From the NCBI GenBank assembly GCA_963693365.1, contig CAVNZM010000006.1:4319264-4383263 (forward strand): a stretch of DNA of 64,000 bases, written 5' to 3'. Numbering within the stretch: position 1 is the first letter of the stretch; each line of letters starts with the position of its first letter. The notes under the pieces are model-generated. The model saw nothing but the letters and a program-made list of their open reading frames with translations, made no database searches and was not told the origin of the DNA. Shown here one piece after another: positions 10,229 to 19,787 of the stretch. The translations under genes were made by a program, and so were the position numbers. Source of the stretch: Amoebidium appalachense. Lineage: Eukaryota; Protista; Ichthyosporea.

Positions 10229-10921
10229 CTAGTTCACGCTGTCGGCCTGGATGATGAACAGTATGGGGAAGGTACTCCCTGGGATGCTTTCAGCGAACGA
10301 GCCCGTTGCGGCGCTCAAACCCAGGTTTGTGGCCTGCCCAGACCCTTGAGAAGCGACGCTTGTTCCCAGCAACTCGATGATTTCAGTGCCGTGGGCAACA
10401 GACTCGCGGCTGTAGTCGGGGGGGGGAGGTGCCCGACCCGGCTTAACGCCACAGTAGCCCAAGACGTTCTTTGGGGTGGCCAACACGCATTCACCGCCTA
10501 CGCTTACGGTGCCAGGCCCGCAGCTTCCCCCTTTCCGCGAGCTCGAGCGAACACGCATGGTTGCGGCAGGTCTGGACTTGGGGGCGGCAGTGGGCTTCCT
10601 GGTTGCCATTGCCTTGGTTGGGGCTTGAACGGGTTTAGAAACCGGCCTCCTGGAGGCGGCCTTGGGGGCAACGCTCACCCGCATGGTCCCCATTGGTTTC
10701 AGAGGACGCATGGCGGTCGCAAGCTTGGGTTTCTTTGGGGGGTGGCCGACGGTCGCATGCTTGGCTGGTGCCTTGCGCTTGGCGCTGTCACCTGGCATCC
10801 CCAGACGCCCAGCACGACCGATGAGCGACTCGAGCGCCTTCACCTCCAACTCCAGGTTACTGGTGGACACGGGAACAGGCAGCACGCGTGATGCTTCCGT
10901 CAGTTTAGTGTTCCTGCGCAT
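10229..10921 (-). CDS. Basic K/R/A/P-rich protein with CGP...C motif (paralog of 6105-6491)
   Basis: Histone-H1-like low-complexity basic region, then CGPGTVSVGGEC...PPDYS. Confidence 0.65.
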   Translation of the reverse strand: MRRNTKLTEASRVLPVPVSTSNLELEVKALESLIGRAGRLGMPGDSAKRKAPAKHATVGHPPKKPKLATAMRPLKPMGTMRVSVAPKAASRRPVSKPVQAPTKAMATRKPTAAPKSRPAATMRVRSSSRKGGSCGPGTVSVGGECVLATPKNVLGYCGVKPGRAPPPPDYSRESVAHGTEIIELLGTSVASQGSGQATNLGLSAATGSFAESIPGSTFPILFIIQADSVN

Positions 10922-10944
10922 TTATTTGTGGACAAGAAAAGATA

Positions 10945-11771
10945 TCACACACAGCGCCGGGCAACGTTGGCCAGCTTCGTTTGCTCCGCATGGAAGAGAG
11001 CCAGCTGTGCATCGTAGTCGAGGGTCTCGTTTGTGCGCACGTTACATCTCTGGAAGAGTATGTAGCGTACACGCCGGTAGAGGTCCTCGCTGAACAGCGT
11101 GATGTCCAGTGGAAGCACGCCGTACTCCCCAAACCATGACAGGATGTCCTTGTCCAACTCGTTGGGCTGATACCAGTCAGGAAGCGCCATCAGCGTGTCG
11201 GGGGTTTTCTTTCGCACCAGCTCCTCCAACTCTATAAGGTAGGTCTGGATCTTGGACGCCTCGTCCAGGCCGATTCGCCACTTGCACGCGTACTTATCCA
11301 GGTCCTCGATGATCCACGGCTCCCTGCAGCTGGAGCTTGCCTCGAGGGACGAGAAGTCATCAGGGAAAGACCCGAACATGGCCATGCGGATGCGCGAGTA
11401 GACGTCCTCGGCCACCTTGAACACGCTCACATCGGTGGCCTCGTCGAGGCGGATCCCTTGGCGCCGTTTTTGTTGATGTCGACACCGAGATTGATGACGC
11501 ATCCAAGAATAAACCCAACTGCGTCCAATGGCTGCAGGCGCCCCTTGCAGGAACCGACGACCTGCTGGACGGCGTACAGGCCACGCCATACATAGAGCGA
11601 GGCCCGGTCGGCGACCGGCGCCGACACGCACATCTCGCGCGCATAGTCCTTCTTCTGCCTGATCAACAAGTGCTTTGCGGCCTTGACGTCATTCTCTGAT
11701 GTGGCGCCGGTGGCCTTTTTCAGCACCAGGTTGGTGGTGTTTGTGATGTTTGCTTTGTCGTACTTGGGCAT
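10945..11771 (-). CDS. 'AEDxYxR' paralog family member 3; frameshift near 11455
   Basis: MPKYDK...NGAKG continues in the next frame as IRLDEATDVSVFKVAEDVYSRIR...EDLYRRVR; one G missing from a short G-run. Confidence 0.65.
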
Positions 11772-11809
11772 TTATAGCGGCCACGGAAAATATTGGGAGG
11801 CACCGTGCT

Positions 11810-12069
11810 TCAACCACTGAACCTGCTGATCATGCGTGCGATGTCGCCGAACTTGGCGTTGGCCATCTTGGGAAACAGTGGGGCAAGGGCGCGGTCCACC
11901 TTGATCTTTTGGCCTTCGGCAAGACCTTTCTTCTTGGCGTACGCCCACACCGCCTTTACGATCTGTCCACGCGTGGCCGACGACTTGTGCATGAAGCCCT
12001 TGAGGGGGGATTGAGCTTGACGGGACGATTGAACGCCGATTTGGTCTTGCGCGTGTAGCATATGGCCAT
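11810..12069 (-). CDS. SWIB/MDM2-domain protein (1-nt homopolymer indel near 12005)
   Basis: Corrected frame reads MAICYTRKTKSAFNRPVKLNPPLKGFM...TRGQIVKAVWAYAKKKGL...IKVDRALAPLF. Confidence 0.8.
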
Positions 12070-12125
12070 TGCTCATGTCGACAATAAAATCCATGACTGC
12101 AAGGACCCGCCACTGTTCTGTGACT

Positions 12126-12905
12126 CTATCTGACCTTGACGTTGAACTCCTGCGGCAGCGTTGGCCCCGCCACCATGTCCGGGATGGGCATCATCGGCGC
12201 GTCCGTGTTCGCCAGCCCGCGGATCTCGGCAAAGTCGTGTGTGCGGATCCCCCTGCGTGCATGCACCACCTTCTCTGGGTCCACGCGTGCCGGGTTTGTC
12301 GCGTATGTCGGTAGCGGCGGCCGCACGCCCTGCTGTGCATCCTCCCTGCTGTTCAGCACGGCCTCCGGCCGGGCTCCCTCGTTGCGCATGTTGCCGTTGT
12401 ACACTGGCGCGCGCGTGCGTGTGCGGTACAGCTCACGCATGTAGTTGCTGCGCGACTGCTGTTCCTCGGGATGCACATGGCCGTCGACGGCAGCACCTGC
12501 CAGCACGGCCACGGTCTGGGGGAGGGGTGTGCGGTCGGCGGCGTTGGCGGCGTCGTCGAAGGGCTTCTGCCGTTGGTAGGGCGAGAGGTAGCGGAATCTG
12601 CCGTAGTGCTCGTCATGGGGCACCTCCATGACCTTGGTGTTGAGACGGTCGAGGGGGTTGAACGGCCGATTGAGGCCGAGGGCGTCAGTGGCCCCGGCGT
12701 GCGGTGCATAAAGGGTGTTCCTGTCGAGGTTCAGGTTAGGCTGGAAGTCTGCGGGGCACAGGGGCGGGGCGGGCTTGGACGGAGGGTCCGGGTTGTCAAA
12801 CCCCCAGGCCTGATAGAACGGATTGCCTTCGTGCGAACTCACGTACAGGTAGACCACCGCCAAACACACGATTGCAAGGGCGAGCTCCGAGTGCGAACTG
12901 TCCAT
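12126..12905 (-). CDS. Hypothetical protein with N-terminal membrane anchor
   Basis: LALAIVCLAVVYLYV hydrophobic stretch; strong GC3. Confidence 0.65.
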   Translation of the reverse strand: MDSSHSELALAIVCLAVVYLYVSSHEGNPFYQAWGFDNPDPPSKPAPPLCPADFQPNLNLDRNTLYAPHAGATDALGLNRPFNPLDRLNTKVMEVPHDEHYGRFRYLSPYQRQKPFDDAANAADRTPLPQTVAVLAGAAVDGHVHPEEQQSRSNYMRELYRTRTRAPVYNGNMRNEGARPEAVLNSREDAQQGVRPPLPTYATNPARVDPEKVVHARRGIRTHDFAEIRGLANTDAPMMPIPDMVAGPTLPQEFNVKVR

Positions 12906-12963
12906 TGAGAAGGGCTACGTTAATGCCACCGCCACGGGTTGGCGCTGTTTATTGCCTGTGCGC

Positions 12964-13488
12964 TCAGCGCCGGCACACCTGGTAGTCGACCACGTACCGC
13001 ACGCGGTCCCGCAGCGTCCGCAGGTGGCTGACCCCAAACAGCCGCCCGTGCTTGTTGACCTTGCGGTCAAGGCACACCTCGAGCGCGCCCTCGCACGGCC
13101 GCCACTGGTTGTCAGGGCACAGGATCTCGAGCGTGACCTTGGTCAGGCGCACACTCTTGTGGATGTTGCCGTTCGAGTCGATGGTGTTGGACTCCGTGTA
13201 CGGCACCAGCGGCTTGCGCCCGTCCATTAGGCCCCAGCCGTTGGCCACCTCCAAGTCGACGTAGCTGTTCTCAGACCCCACATCGTACACCAGCTTGAAC
13301 GTCTTCTTCTGCCCCGCCACGCGCACCGTCACCATGTGCGTCTTCGAGCACTCGGGGATCAGGAACACCGGCACCTTGCTGTGCCGCGTCGACGTCCGCC
13401 GCACGCACGTCTCGAGCCGTCGTGCCCGGCAAGCGCAGCCGCGCCCTCTGGCTTTGCGTTTTCGTTGATGCATACTGGGGGCCCACAA
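12964..13488 (-). CDS. Retropepsin-like aspartic protease (start uncertain)
   Basis: VTVRVAG...FKLVYDVGSENSYV..EVA..WGL...LFGVSHL resembles DxG(A/S)...LLG retropepsin motifs. Confidence 0.55.
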   Translation of the reverse strand: MWAPSMHQRKRKARGRGCACRARRLETCVRRTSTRHSKVPVFLIPECSKTHMVTVRVAGQKKTFKLVYDVGSENSYVDLEVANGWGLMDGRKPLVPYTESNTIDSNGNIHKSVRLTKVTLEILCPDNQWRPCEGALEVCLDRKVNKHGRLFGVSHLRTLRDRVRYVVDYQVCRR

Positions 13489-13520
13489 TGTAGCGTTGGC
13501 CGCTCAACGGCCGCGCCTTT

Positions 13521-13817
13521 TTAGGGCTTCTTGAAGCTCTTCCAGCACCGCCGCTTGCGGCAGCAGCCCCGCTTGGGCTTCTTGCGCCCGGGAACCAGGC
13601 CCTTGCACTGGCCGGCGTACGAGCACATGACGTACTTCATGTTGTAGTCGGTGACGCGCTTGATCCACTCGGGATCCGCCGAGGGGAAGCGCTTGTAGAG
13701 GTCCTGGCCGATCATGGCCTTGACGTGGTGGTCTGTGATGCCCGTGCTTTCCGGTAACATTTGCAGAAGGCGCAAAAACATATGCTGCGTCGCGCCGTGG
13801 GAGCTATTTTGGTTCAC
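13521..13817 (-). CDS. Small hypothetical protein, basic Cys-containing C-terminus
   Basis: ORF with coding-like codon usage. Confidence 0.5.
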   Translation of the reverse strand: MNQNSSHGATQHMFLRLLQMLPESTGITDHHVKAMIGQDLYKRFPSADPEWIKRVTDYNMKYVMCSYAGQCKGLVPGRKKPKRGCCRKRRCWKSFKKP

Positions 13818-13826
13818 AACGCCCGC

Positions 13827-16454
13827 CTACTTGACGAGTCGCAACAGCACCGTGTACCGACCGACCACGAGGTTGTCTTCCAAATCACGCACCTCGACTG
13901 ACACGGACGTGGCCGCGGTGCGGTGCATGAGCCACATCTGCCCGTGCGAGCTCAGGAGGTCCGCGCGCACCGTGTGGCCGTCACGCACCAGCACGTACGT
14001 CAGGCCCGGGCGGGAGCGGCCGGCGTAGTCGTTGGGGTCGGTGGGCATGGTTTCGGCAGTGGATGGGTCCGACTGGAGGGCGGGCCGGCACCAACTGACG
14101 CCCCTGCCGAAGACGTCATCGATCTTGACATAGAAAAGCATGGTCGCAGGGGCTGGCCGGGGACACGGAACCATTAAGGCGCTGCCGTCCGTGTAGTAAT
14201 ACCTTCTGGGCGGACGAAACTGCAAGATGCCCACCCTGTCCAGGGCGCTGTTTTCGAAGTAGCTCCGCCTAATGCTCGCCCAATCCATTTTAGCCGTAAC
14301 CATCTTCGGGGGTAAAGGGGTATCAAAGTCGACGTCATTGAATGATTCATAGATACGACATGATAGAACTTTTTTTGTGGGCTCTGATATCCCAAGGGCA
14401 CGGCAGAGGGGGCCGGTGAATTCTACACGGATTGGTGTTCTGAAATACTCCGGTGACATATAACACAGGTGGCGAAGACGCAACGAATCGTCAGTCCAGA
14501 GCAGGGCATTTTCCCAGTTAGGGCGGACGAATATAGTGTAGGTATTCAACTTATCGTCGTCACCTAAGGGTTGATGACCGATTCTCATGTATACCGCCCT
14601 TAAATCTTCCACCACTGCGTCCATAGGATTAGGCGTGTTAGGCACTGGGTTTTCCTCTGTCAGAATGTACATCAGCGCAAAATATTCTGGCCCGTAGTTG
14701 TCCATCCAAGGCTTCATAATGGGGACTGGGCCGTAGGGGTATTCCGCCATTTCGCTTTGTAACCTTGCATCATAGACTATTGGTTCTGGGTAACTGATCT
14801 TTTTTTCTCGGCACACATGTGCAAGTTCCAATGGGGATTTCACTTCTAAATAGAAAGGCATTAGATAGTCGTGTTTGACCTCGGATGGTTCTATCCTGTT
14901 ATCGACATGTGGATTATATGGTGATAAACTGACTTCGAATGTGTGGACTGTGTATTTTGACACATCAACAGTAACAAGCGATCCAAACTCATTTGAAGTG
15001 TAGTAGTATTGGTCTGTACCATGCTGAACCCTGTATATAGTTTGTCGTTCGGAAACTTCATTCCCGCCACGAAATTTCCAATTGAACCGATATAGTATAC
15101 TCTCCAAAAGCACGTGTTCAATTGTATAGTTTATGTCAGAGATCCGATCTGTTTCGCCGTACAGAGGTTGCGCAAAAAGAAGCCCCCTGTGTATTCTGGC
15201 AACGACTGTCCTGCTGGCCAACATGCGGTCATCGATGACGACTATTGAATTAGCCTCTCGTGGCTTTAGTGAAGAATACGGGTCATGCCCACCAGCTTGG
15301 AACCACTCAAGCAGCTCAATAGGCATTGATTCCAGAGGGCGGCTTGAGGGGAAGGTTGTGGTCGCGTGAACTCTAAGTCTCGTGTAACTCGCACAGTCTT
15401 TGGTGTCTTGGAAGTCTTCTGGTGTATAAAAACAGGCCCTATCGCTTAGTGTACCAGCCGGCAGATCCGGTTTAATATGTGCGCCTGACCCGAAGCCAGC
15501 CATTCCCATATTGCCGAACCAGCCTTCATGTATGATTAAAGGTCCATCTGGTGTTTGCCTCGGTGGTTGAATAAATTCTATCTTTTTCTTGTATGTATCA
15601 AGAGTCTTCAAAACAGGCCAACTCTGCATGGGCACAAGACTGATTGGATATCTGTTCCATTGTATAATGCGTGGAACAGCCGTCCCATTGATATGAAGAT
15701 CTTGATACGTAGAGTCTGTAGGGTCAAGCTCGGTTGGGCTCAGGTTATGATTGAGAAACCCAATGGTTGATGTTCGGTCGTAAATTGGTGGTCTTAAACC
15801 AAAACTCTCCAGAATATGATTAGATGACAGATACGTCGCCTGAATCCCAAAATTGAAACGTTTGATCATCGTGTCAATGAGATATGCAGCCGTGTAACGA
15901 CCTTCGGGGATATTCACGCTGACAGTAATATCACGAAAAGGTGGATCGGGATTGGTAAGAAGTGTGGGTGCATCTCGCACCACACAACTGACAGTGTTGT
16001 TCTTCGCCGTCACAACAATACCCTCCTCCGTGCTCCCGTGCACGGTCACTGACTCTACTTGCACCCCCCGAACGCCGTGCACGCGCTGTGCAAGCTGTGT
16101 GGTCACCTTGGAATCGGGTGCGGCCATTGAATTGCTCAGGAGCACATACTCGTCCTCCACTCTACCGCCCGCATCTCGGCTGTATCCACCCATCCCCGCC
16201 TGCACGTTACCCCCGTCTGCCCCATGCTCACGGCTGCCCGACGTGGAACCCTCCCTCACGGTCCGCGTCTGCGCCTGCCGAACTGCACCCCCCACGCCCT
16301 GCTTGTTCTGCTGTCTCTGCGCATTTCCCTGCTCTCCCCCTTCCACAAAGGCCTTCATCTCGGCGTAGATCTTGGCCCGGGACCCGGAGTACGGGGGCAT
16401 GCCGGGCGTGCGCGACGCACGCCGCCCGTCGCTGTCTGAACCCCGCGTGGCCAT
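13827..16454 (-). CDS. Penton/minor-capsid-like protein with a large low-GC insertion
   Basis: VRGVQVESV...NNTV...VNIPEGRYTAAYLI and C-terminal LFYVKID...SVSVEVRDLEDNLV resemble single-jelly-roll penton motifs; paralog of 30158-31516. Confidence 0.55.
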   Translation of the reverse strand: MATRGSDSDGRRASRTPGMPPYSGSRAKIYAEMKAFVEGGEQGNAQRQQNKQGVGGAVRQAQTRTVREGSTSGSREHGADGGNVQAGMGGYSRDAGGRVEDEYVLLSNSMAAPDSKVTTQLAQRVHGVRGVQVESVTVHGSTEEGIVVTAKNNTVSCVVRDAPTLLTNPDPPFRDITVSVNIPEGRYTAAYLIDTMIKRFNFGIQATYLSSNHILESFGLRPPIYDRTSTIGFLNHNLSPTELDPTDSTYQDLHINGTAVPRIIQWNRYPISLVPMQSWPVLKTLDTYKKKIEFIQPPRQTPDGPLIIHEGWFGNMGMAGFGSGAHIKPDLPAGTLSDRACFYTPEDFQDTKDCASYTRLRVHATTTFPSSRPLESMPIELLEWFQAGGHDPYSSLKPREANSIVVIDDRMLASRTVVARIHRGLLFAQPLYGETDRISDINYTIEHVLLESILYRFNWKFRGGNEVSERQTIYRVQHGTDQYYYTSNEFGSLVTVDVSKYTVHTFEVSLSPYNPHVDNRIEPSEVKHDYLMPFYLEVKSPLELAHVCREKKISYPEPIVYDARLQSEMAEYPYGPVPIMKPWMDNYGPEYFALMYILTEENPVPNTPNPMDAVVEDLRAVYMRIGHQPLGDDDKLNTYTIFVRPNWENALLWTDDSLRLRHLCYMSPEYFRTPIRVEFTGPLCRALGISEPTKKVLSCRIYESFNDVDFDTPLPPKMVTAKMDWASIRRSYFENSALDRVGILQFRPPRRYYYTDGSALMVPCPRPAPATMLFYVKIDDVFGRGVSWCRPALQSDPSTAETMPTDPNDYAGRSRPGLTYVLVRDGHTVRADLLSSHGQMWLMHRTAATSVSVEVRDLEDNLVVGRYTVLLRLVK

Positions 16455-16479
16455 TAGTGAGTCTCACCATTTTATTGGA

Positions 16480-17922
16480 TCAACCAGCTCCCAGCAGCAG
16501 CAGCACGAGCGCCACCGCGATCACCAGGCCCCAGTACGCCGCGGCGTTCGCGTGCGCCCAGGCGCTTGCCGATCCCAGTGGTGTTAGGGCAGGCTGTGTC
16601 GGCACAGGCGGCGCAGGCGGGTTCTGCGAGTCCTTTCCAGCCTCCCCAGGCACACCGGGTACGGCCGGAGCCCCGGGCTCTGAGGGCTTGTTGTCGGGGT
16701 TGGTGTTGGTGGTGGTGGCACCCGACTCCTCCTTGCCGATCTGCATGAGGCACTGCTGTACCTGCGTGGCCTGGATCTTGGCGTCAGTGTTCTCCGTGAC
16801 CTCCATGGCCTGGTTGCAGATCTGCACGTTGAGCGCCGTGCACTCCTCGTTCTCCATGTCGCGCGTCTTGTAGCCCTGCACCTTGCACACGGCGTGGTGG
16901 CACTGCACGCTCCAGCCGAACTTCTTCTTGAGTGTGGCGTGGTCCATTCCCGCCGGCAGCGGCGCAAAGCACCCGCACGTGGGATCATTGACCCCGGCCT
17001 CGGTCTTGCAAAAGAACTCGGCATATGCATTCACAGCGCTGTCCTGTGTTGCCGGGAAAAGGTAGTTCTTGTCCATGCGAGCCTGGTCGTGCAGCGCAAC
17101 AACCGAATCGTCCCGCCCGCGCGAAAACTCGAGGAGGTCGCGCAGCCGCAGCGGCCTAGCGGTGTCCCAGTTCTGCTCTCGCTTGTAGTCAAACTTGTAC
17201 AGCAGGTAGCGGTCGTGCATGCGCAGGAGGCTCACGGGCCGCATGGTGTGGTCGTTTCCCTTGGCCAGCTCGCCGCGGTACTGGACTCGCAGCTTGGACT
17301 GCTGCAGGGACACAAGGTGGCGGTGCGGGGCGCGCAGCCAGTAGTCCGGGTTCCAGTACTTCTGGTAGTCGTCCCACTTCCAGTCCTGGTTCTTCCTGGA
17401 GGCCGAAGGGGCGCACATCTTGTCGCCGGGGTTGTACGTGGGGAAGGCCGGTTGGTCGCTGAGCGCCACGTAGTCGGCCGGGCACGTGAGCACCTTGAGC
17501 CGGGTGGCGTTCTGGCGGGTGCTGGCCGGGCACCCAACGGCCTGTGCGTCCTCCTGGATGTCTGCCAGGCTGGGGGTGTAGCAGAATCGCGGGTCGTCGT
17601 AGATCAGACACACCAGGTCCGAGTCGACGGGGTTGAACTCGGGGTCGCCGTGGTTTCGCCTGCAGCCGGCGGGGTCCTCTGCGGTCGCACACGAGGCCCA
17701 CGACACAAAAGAGACGGCCTTGTATTTTGGGAACGCAGGGTGTGGCAGGGGGAACTGGAGCTTGAGCGAGGGCATGCGCCCACCGTGGTGCGCCCACTCG
17801 TTGCCGAACTGCCAGTCCCACAGTTGCTTTCGGTACTCGTCCCAGCGCACGAACTTCCACGGGTAGTCCGGGTTCTCCTTGAGACGCTCGATGTCGTCCT
17901 TTCCCCAGGTGATGTTGGCCAT
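16480..17922 (-). CDS. Membrane protein with poxvirus A16/G9/J5-like entry-fusion Cys domain
   Basis: FC....NDPTCGC...QCHHAVC...GYK......C...NVQICNQ followed by a C-terminal TM helix. Confidence 0.65.
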   Translation of the reverse strand: MANITWGKDDIERLKENPDYPWKFVRWDEYRKQLWDWQFGNEWAHHGGRMPSLKLQFPLPHPAFPKYKAVSFVSWASCATAEDPAGCRRNHGDPEFNPVDSDLVCLIYDDPRFCYTPSLADIQEDAQAVGCPASTRQNATRLKVLTCPADYVALSDQPAFPTYNPGDKMCAPSASRKNQDWKWDDYQKYWNPDYWLRAPHRHLVSLQQSKLRVQYRGELAKGNDHTMRPVSLLRMHDRYLLYKFDYKREQNWDTARPLRLRDLLEFSRGRDDSVVALHDQARMDKNYLFPATQDSAVNAYAEFFCKTEAGVNDPTCGCFAPLPAGMDHATLKKKFGWSVQCHHAVCKVQGYKTRDMENEECTALNVQICNQAMEVTENTDAKIQATQVQQCLMQIGKEESGATTTNTNPDNKPSEPGAPAVPGVPGEAGKDSQNPPAPPVPTQPALTPLGSASAWAHANAAAYWGLVIAVALVLLLLGAG

Positions 17923-18689
17923 CAGTTACCATCCTCCCCATTAATTTGTGCACGCCGGGCCTGCAGCCAAAGCAGCGCGCGGGCGGCCAGGGCACCAGCC
18001 ACGCCGCCCAGCAGGGGCCCCAGGAAGAAGATCCACAGGTGCTTGAGGTCGTGGCTGTCGCCAAACGTGGCCGCCGCAAGGCTTCTTGCGGGGTTGATGG
18101 AGCAGCCGGTGACAGTGACCAACAGCATGTGCATGAGAAACACCACAGACCCGATGGCGAGAGGGGAAATGACGGGCGCGACGTCCTCAAGCTTGGGATG
18201 TTTGCATGCCAGCGACACCGTAAACACCAAGAACGCCGTGGCGAGCAACTCCATGGCCAGGGCCTCGGCCTGGGTGGTCCCGCCGACAAGCCCGTTTGTT
18301 CCGAACGAGCCGTGGCGGGCGGGAGGCATGCCGGCCCGCAGCAACGCCGTGCCCACGATACCTCCGGTAAACTGGGCGGTGAAGTAGAGCGGGAGAAGCA
18401 CGGGGTCCAGCCAACCGGCGGCAACCATGCCCAGAGTCACCGCCGGGTTGACGTGGGCACCCGACACGGGGCCCAGCACGGCCACCAGCCCCCCAACAAC
18501 ACCCCCGAACCCGGCGGCCACAGCAAGGACGTCAGCGGCCGATGATGCACCGTGTGAGGTTTCACCCGTGGCCATGGCGATGCCGATGGCGGTGAAGGTG
18601 AGCAGGGCGGTGATGCAGAACTCGGCGATGAAGGTGGGTGCGTTGTGCAGGAGGAAGGACTTCACGCTCTGCATGGTTGAGTGTGGCAC
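17922..18689 (-). CDS. Aquaporin / MIP channel
   Basis: AEF..T, SGAHVNPAVT, YFTAQFTG, TGCSINPARS, WIFFLGPLLG; two NPA boxes and multiple TM segments. Confidence 0.95.
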   Translation of the reverse strand: MPHSTMQSVKSFLLHNAPTFIAEFCITALLTFTAIGIAMATGETSHGASSAADVLAVAAGFGGVVGGLVAVLGPVSGAHVNPAVTLGMVAAGWLDPVLLPLYFTAQFTGGIVGTALLRAGMPPARHGSFGTNGLVGGTTQAEALAMELLATAFLVFTVSLACKHPKLEDVAPVISPLAIGSVVFLMHMLLVTVTGCSINPARSLAAATFGDSHDLKHLWIFFLGPLLGGVAGALAARALLWLQARRAQINGEDGN

Positions 18690-18709
18690 ACATTTTGTGG
18701 GGTGGTGGT

Positions 18710-19597
18710 TTATTTGGACTTTTTGAGGATCTCGCGGGGGCGCTCTACCAGCATGCCAAGGGAAGTGTGTGGGGGGACCAGGTGGATGATCTCGGTGGCG
18801 CTCTCCGTGGTGTTGTACGGCTCGCTTAGGAGCACCACGGAGTCGTACCCACGGGCCCGGGCCTCATTGATGAGGTCGAAGTCGTAGAAGTCGAAGTAGC
18901 CCGTTCCAACAATGGAGCTGTAGTGCGCGCCGCTGCGCATGAGCTCGACGAGTCTGTCCACCTCGGCCACGTAGTGCTTCTTGTTCTGCGTTTTGGAGAG
19001 CACCTGAGACACGAAGTACTGGTCGCCCGGATGGAAGGACTCTTTGGTCAGTCGGTTGTGGAAGTTCCAGTTTAGCTGCACCAGCGCGTCCAGCTTGGTT
19101 TTGGCCACCAGGGGGTTGGCCAGGTTCAGGTACAGGGCGGTGGTGTCTGGGGCGGCATAGTAAAAGGTATAGGTGGGGCCATTTGGTGCCTTGCGTACGT
19201 CACTGGCCCGTCCGAACCGCATGACCTCCACGTACCCCCTGCTAAACGACTCCAGTTTGGGAAACGGCCGCGTGGTGCACGTCGTCGAGGGCTCACGGTA
19301 CAGCTTGTCCCGCCTACAGAATTTTGGCGGGTTTTTAAGAAGGAAGTAAGCGTTGCGCCTGCGCAGGTCGAATGGGCAGCTGTCGGTCTTGTGCACGGCC
19401 TTCATGTAGTGTGGGTTGCAGCGGCTGGCCTTGAGCTTGTCGTAGCTGAAGACGCGCTTGCGGGCGCTGCTGTTGAACAGGTGCTTGTACTCGGTGATGG
19501 GCCGTAGCGGCCTGCGCTCACGCGTGCTGGGTGCGTCCATGGTGTTGTCAGTTGGCCTTCTTTTTTTGCTCGGGGGCCACCGCAGCCGCCTTGGCAC
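18710..19597 (-). CDS. Hypothetical protein (possible ADP-ribosyltransferase-like C-terminus)
   Basis: LYLNLANPL...ARARGYDSVV...EII; weak motif resemblance only. Confidence 0.55.
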   Translation of the reverse strand: MPRRLRWPPSKKRRPTDNTMDAPSTRERRPLRPITEYKHLFNSSARKRVFSYDKLKASRCNPHYMKAVHKTDSCPFDLRRRNAYFLLKNPPKFCRRDKLYREPSTTCTTRPFPKLESFSRGYVEVMRFGRASDVRKAPNGPTYTFYYAAPDTTALYLNLANPLVAKTKLDALVQLNWNFHNRLTKESFHPGDQYFVSQVLSKTQNKKHYVAEVDRLVELMRSGAHYSSIVGTGYFDFYDFDLINEARARGYDSVVLLSEPYNTTESATEIIHLVPPHTSLGMLVERPREILKKSK

Positions 19598-19787
19598 TGC
19601 GCGACCGGAAAATCTCCTCGTACATCTTCTCCATGGACGGCCGCAGGGTCTGCTCGGTCACCTCCCTGCCGTTGAGCTGCAGGTACGTGATCAGTTGGGC
19701 AGTGGAAAGGTGGTCGGCCAGACCCACGTGTGGGGACGTGCGGGCGTGCTTGCGCATGTTCTACAGGAGGGGGAACAATTTACAACT

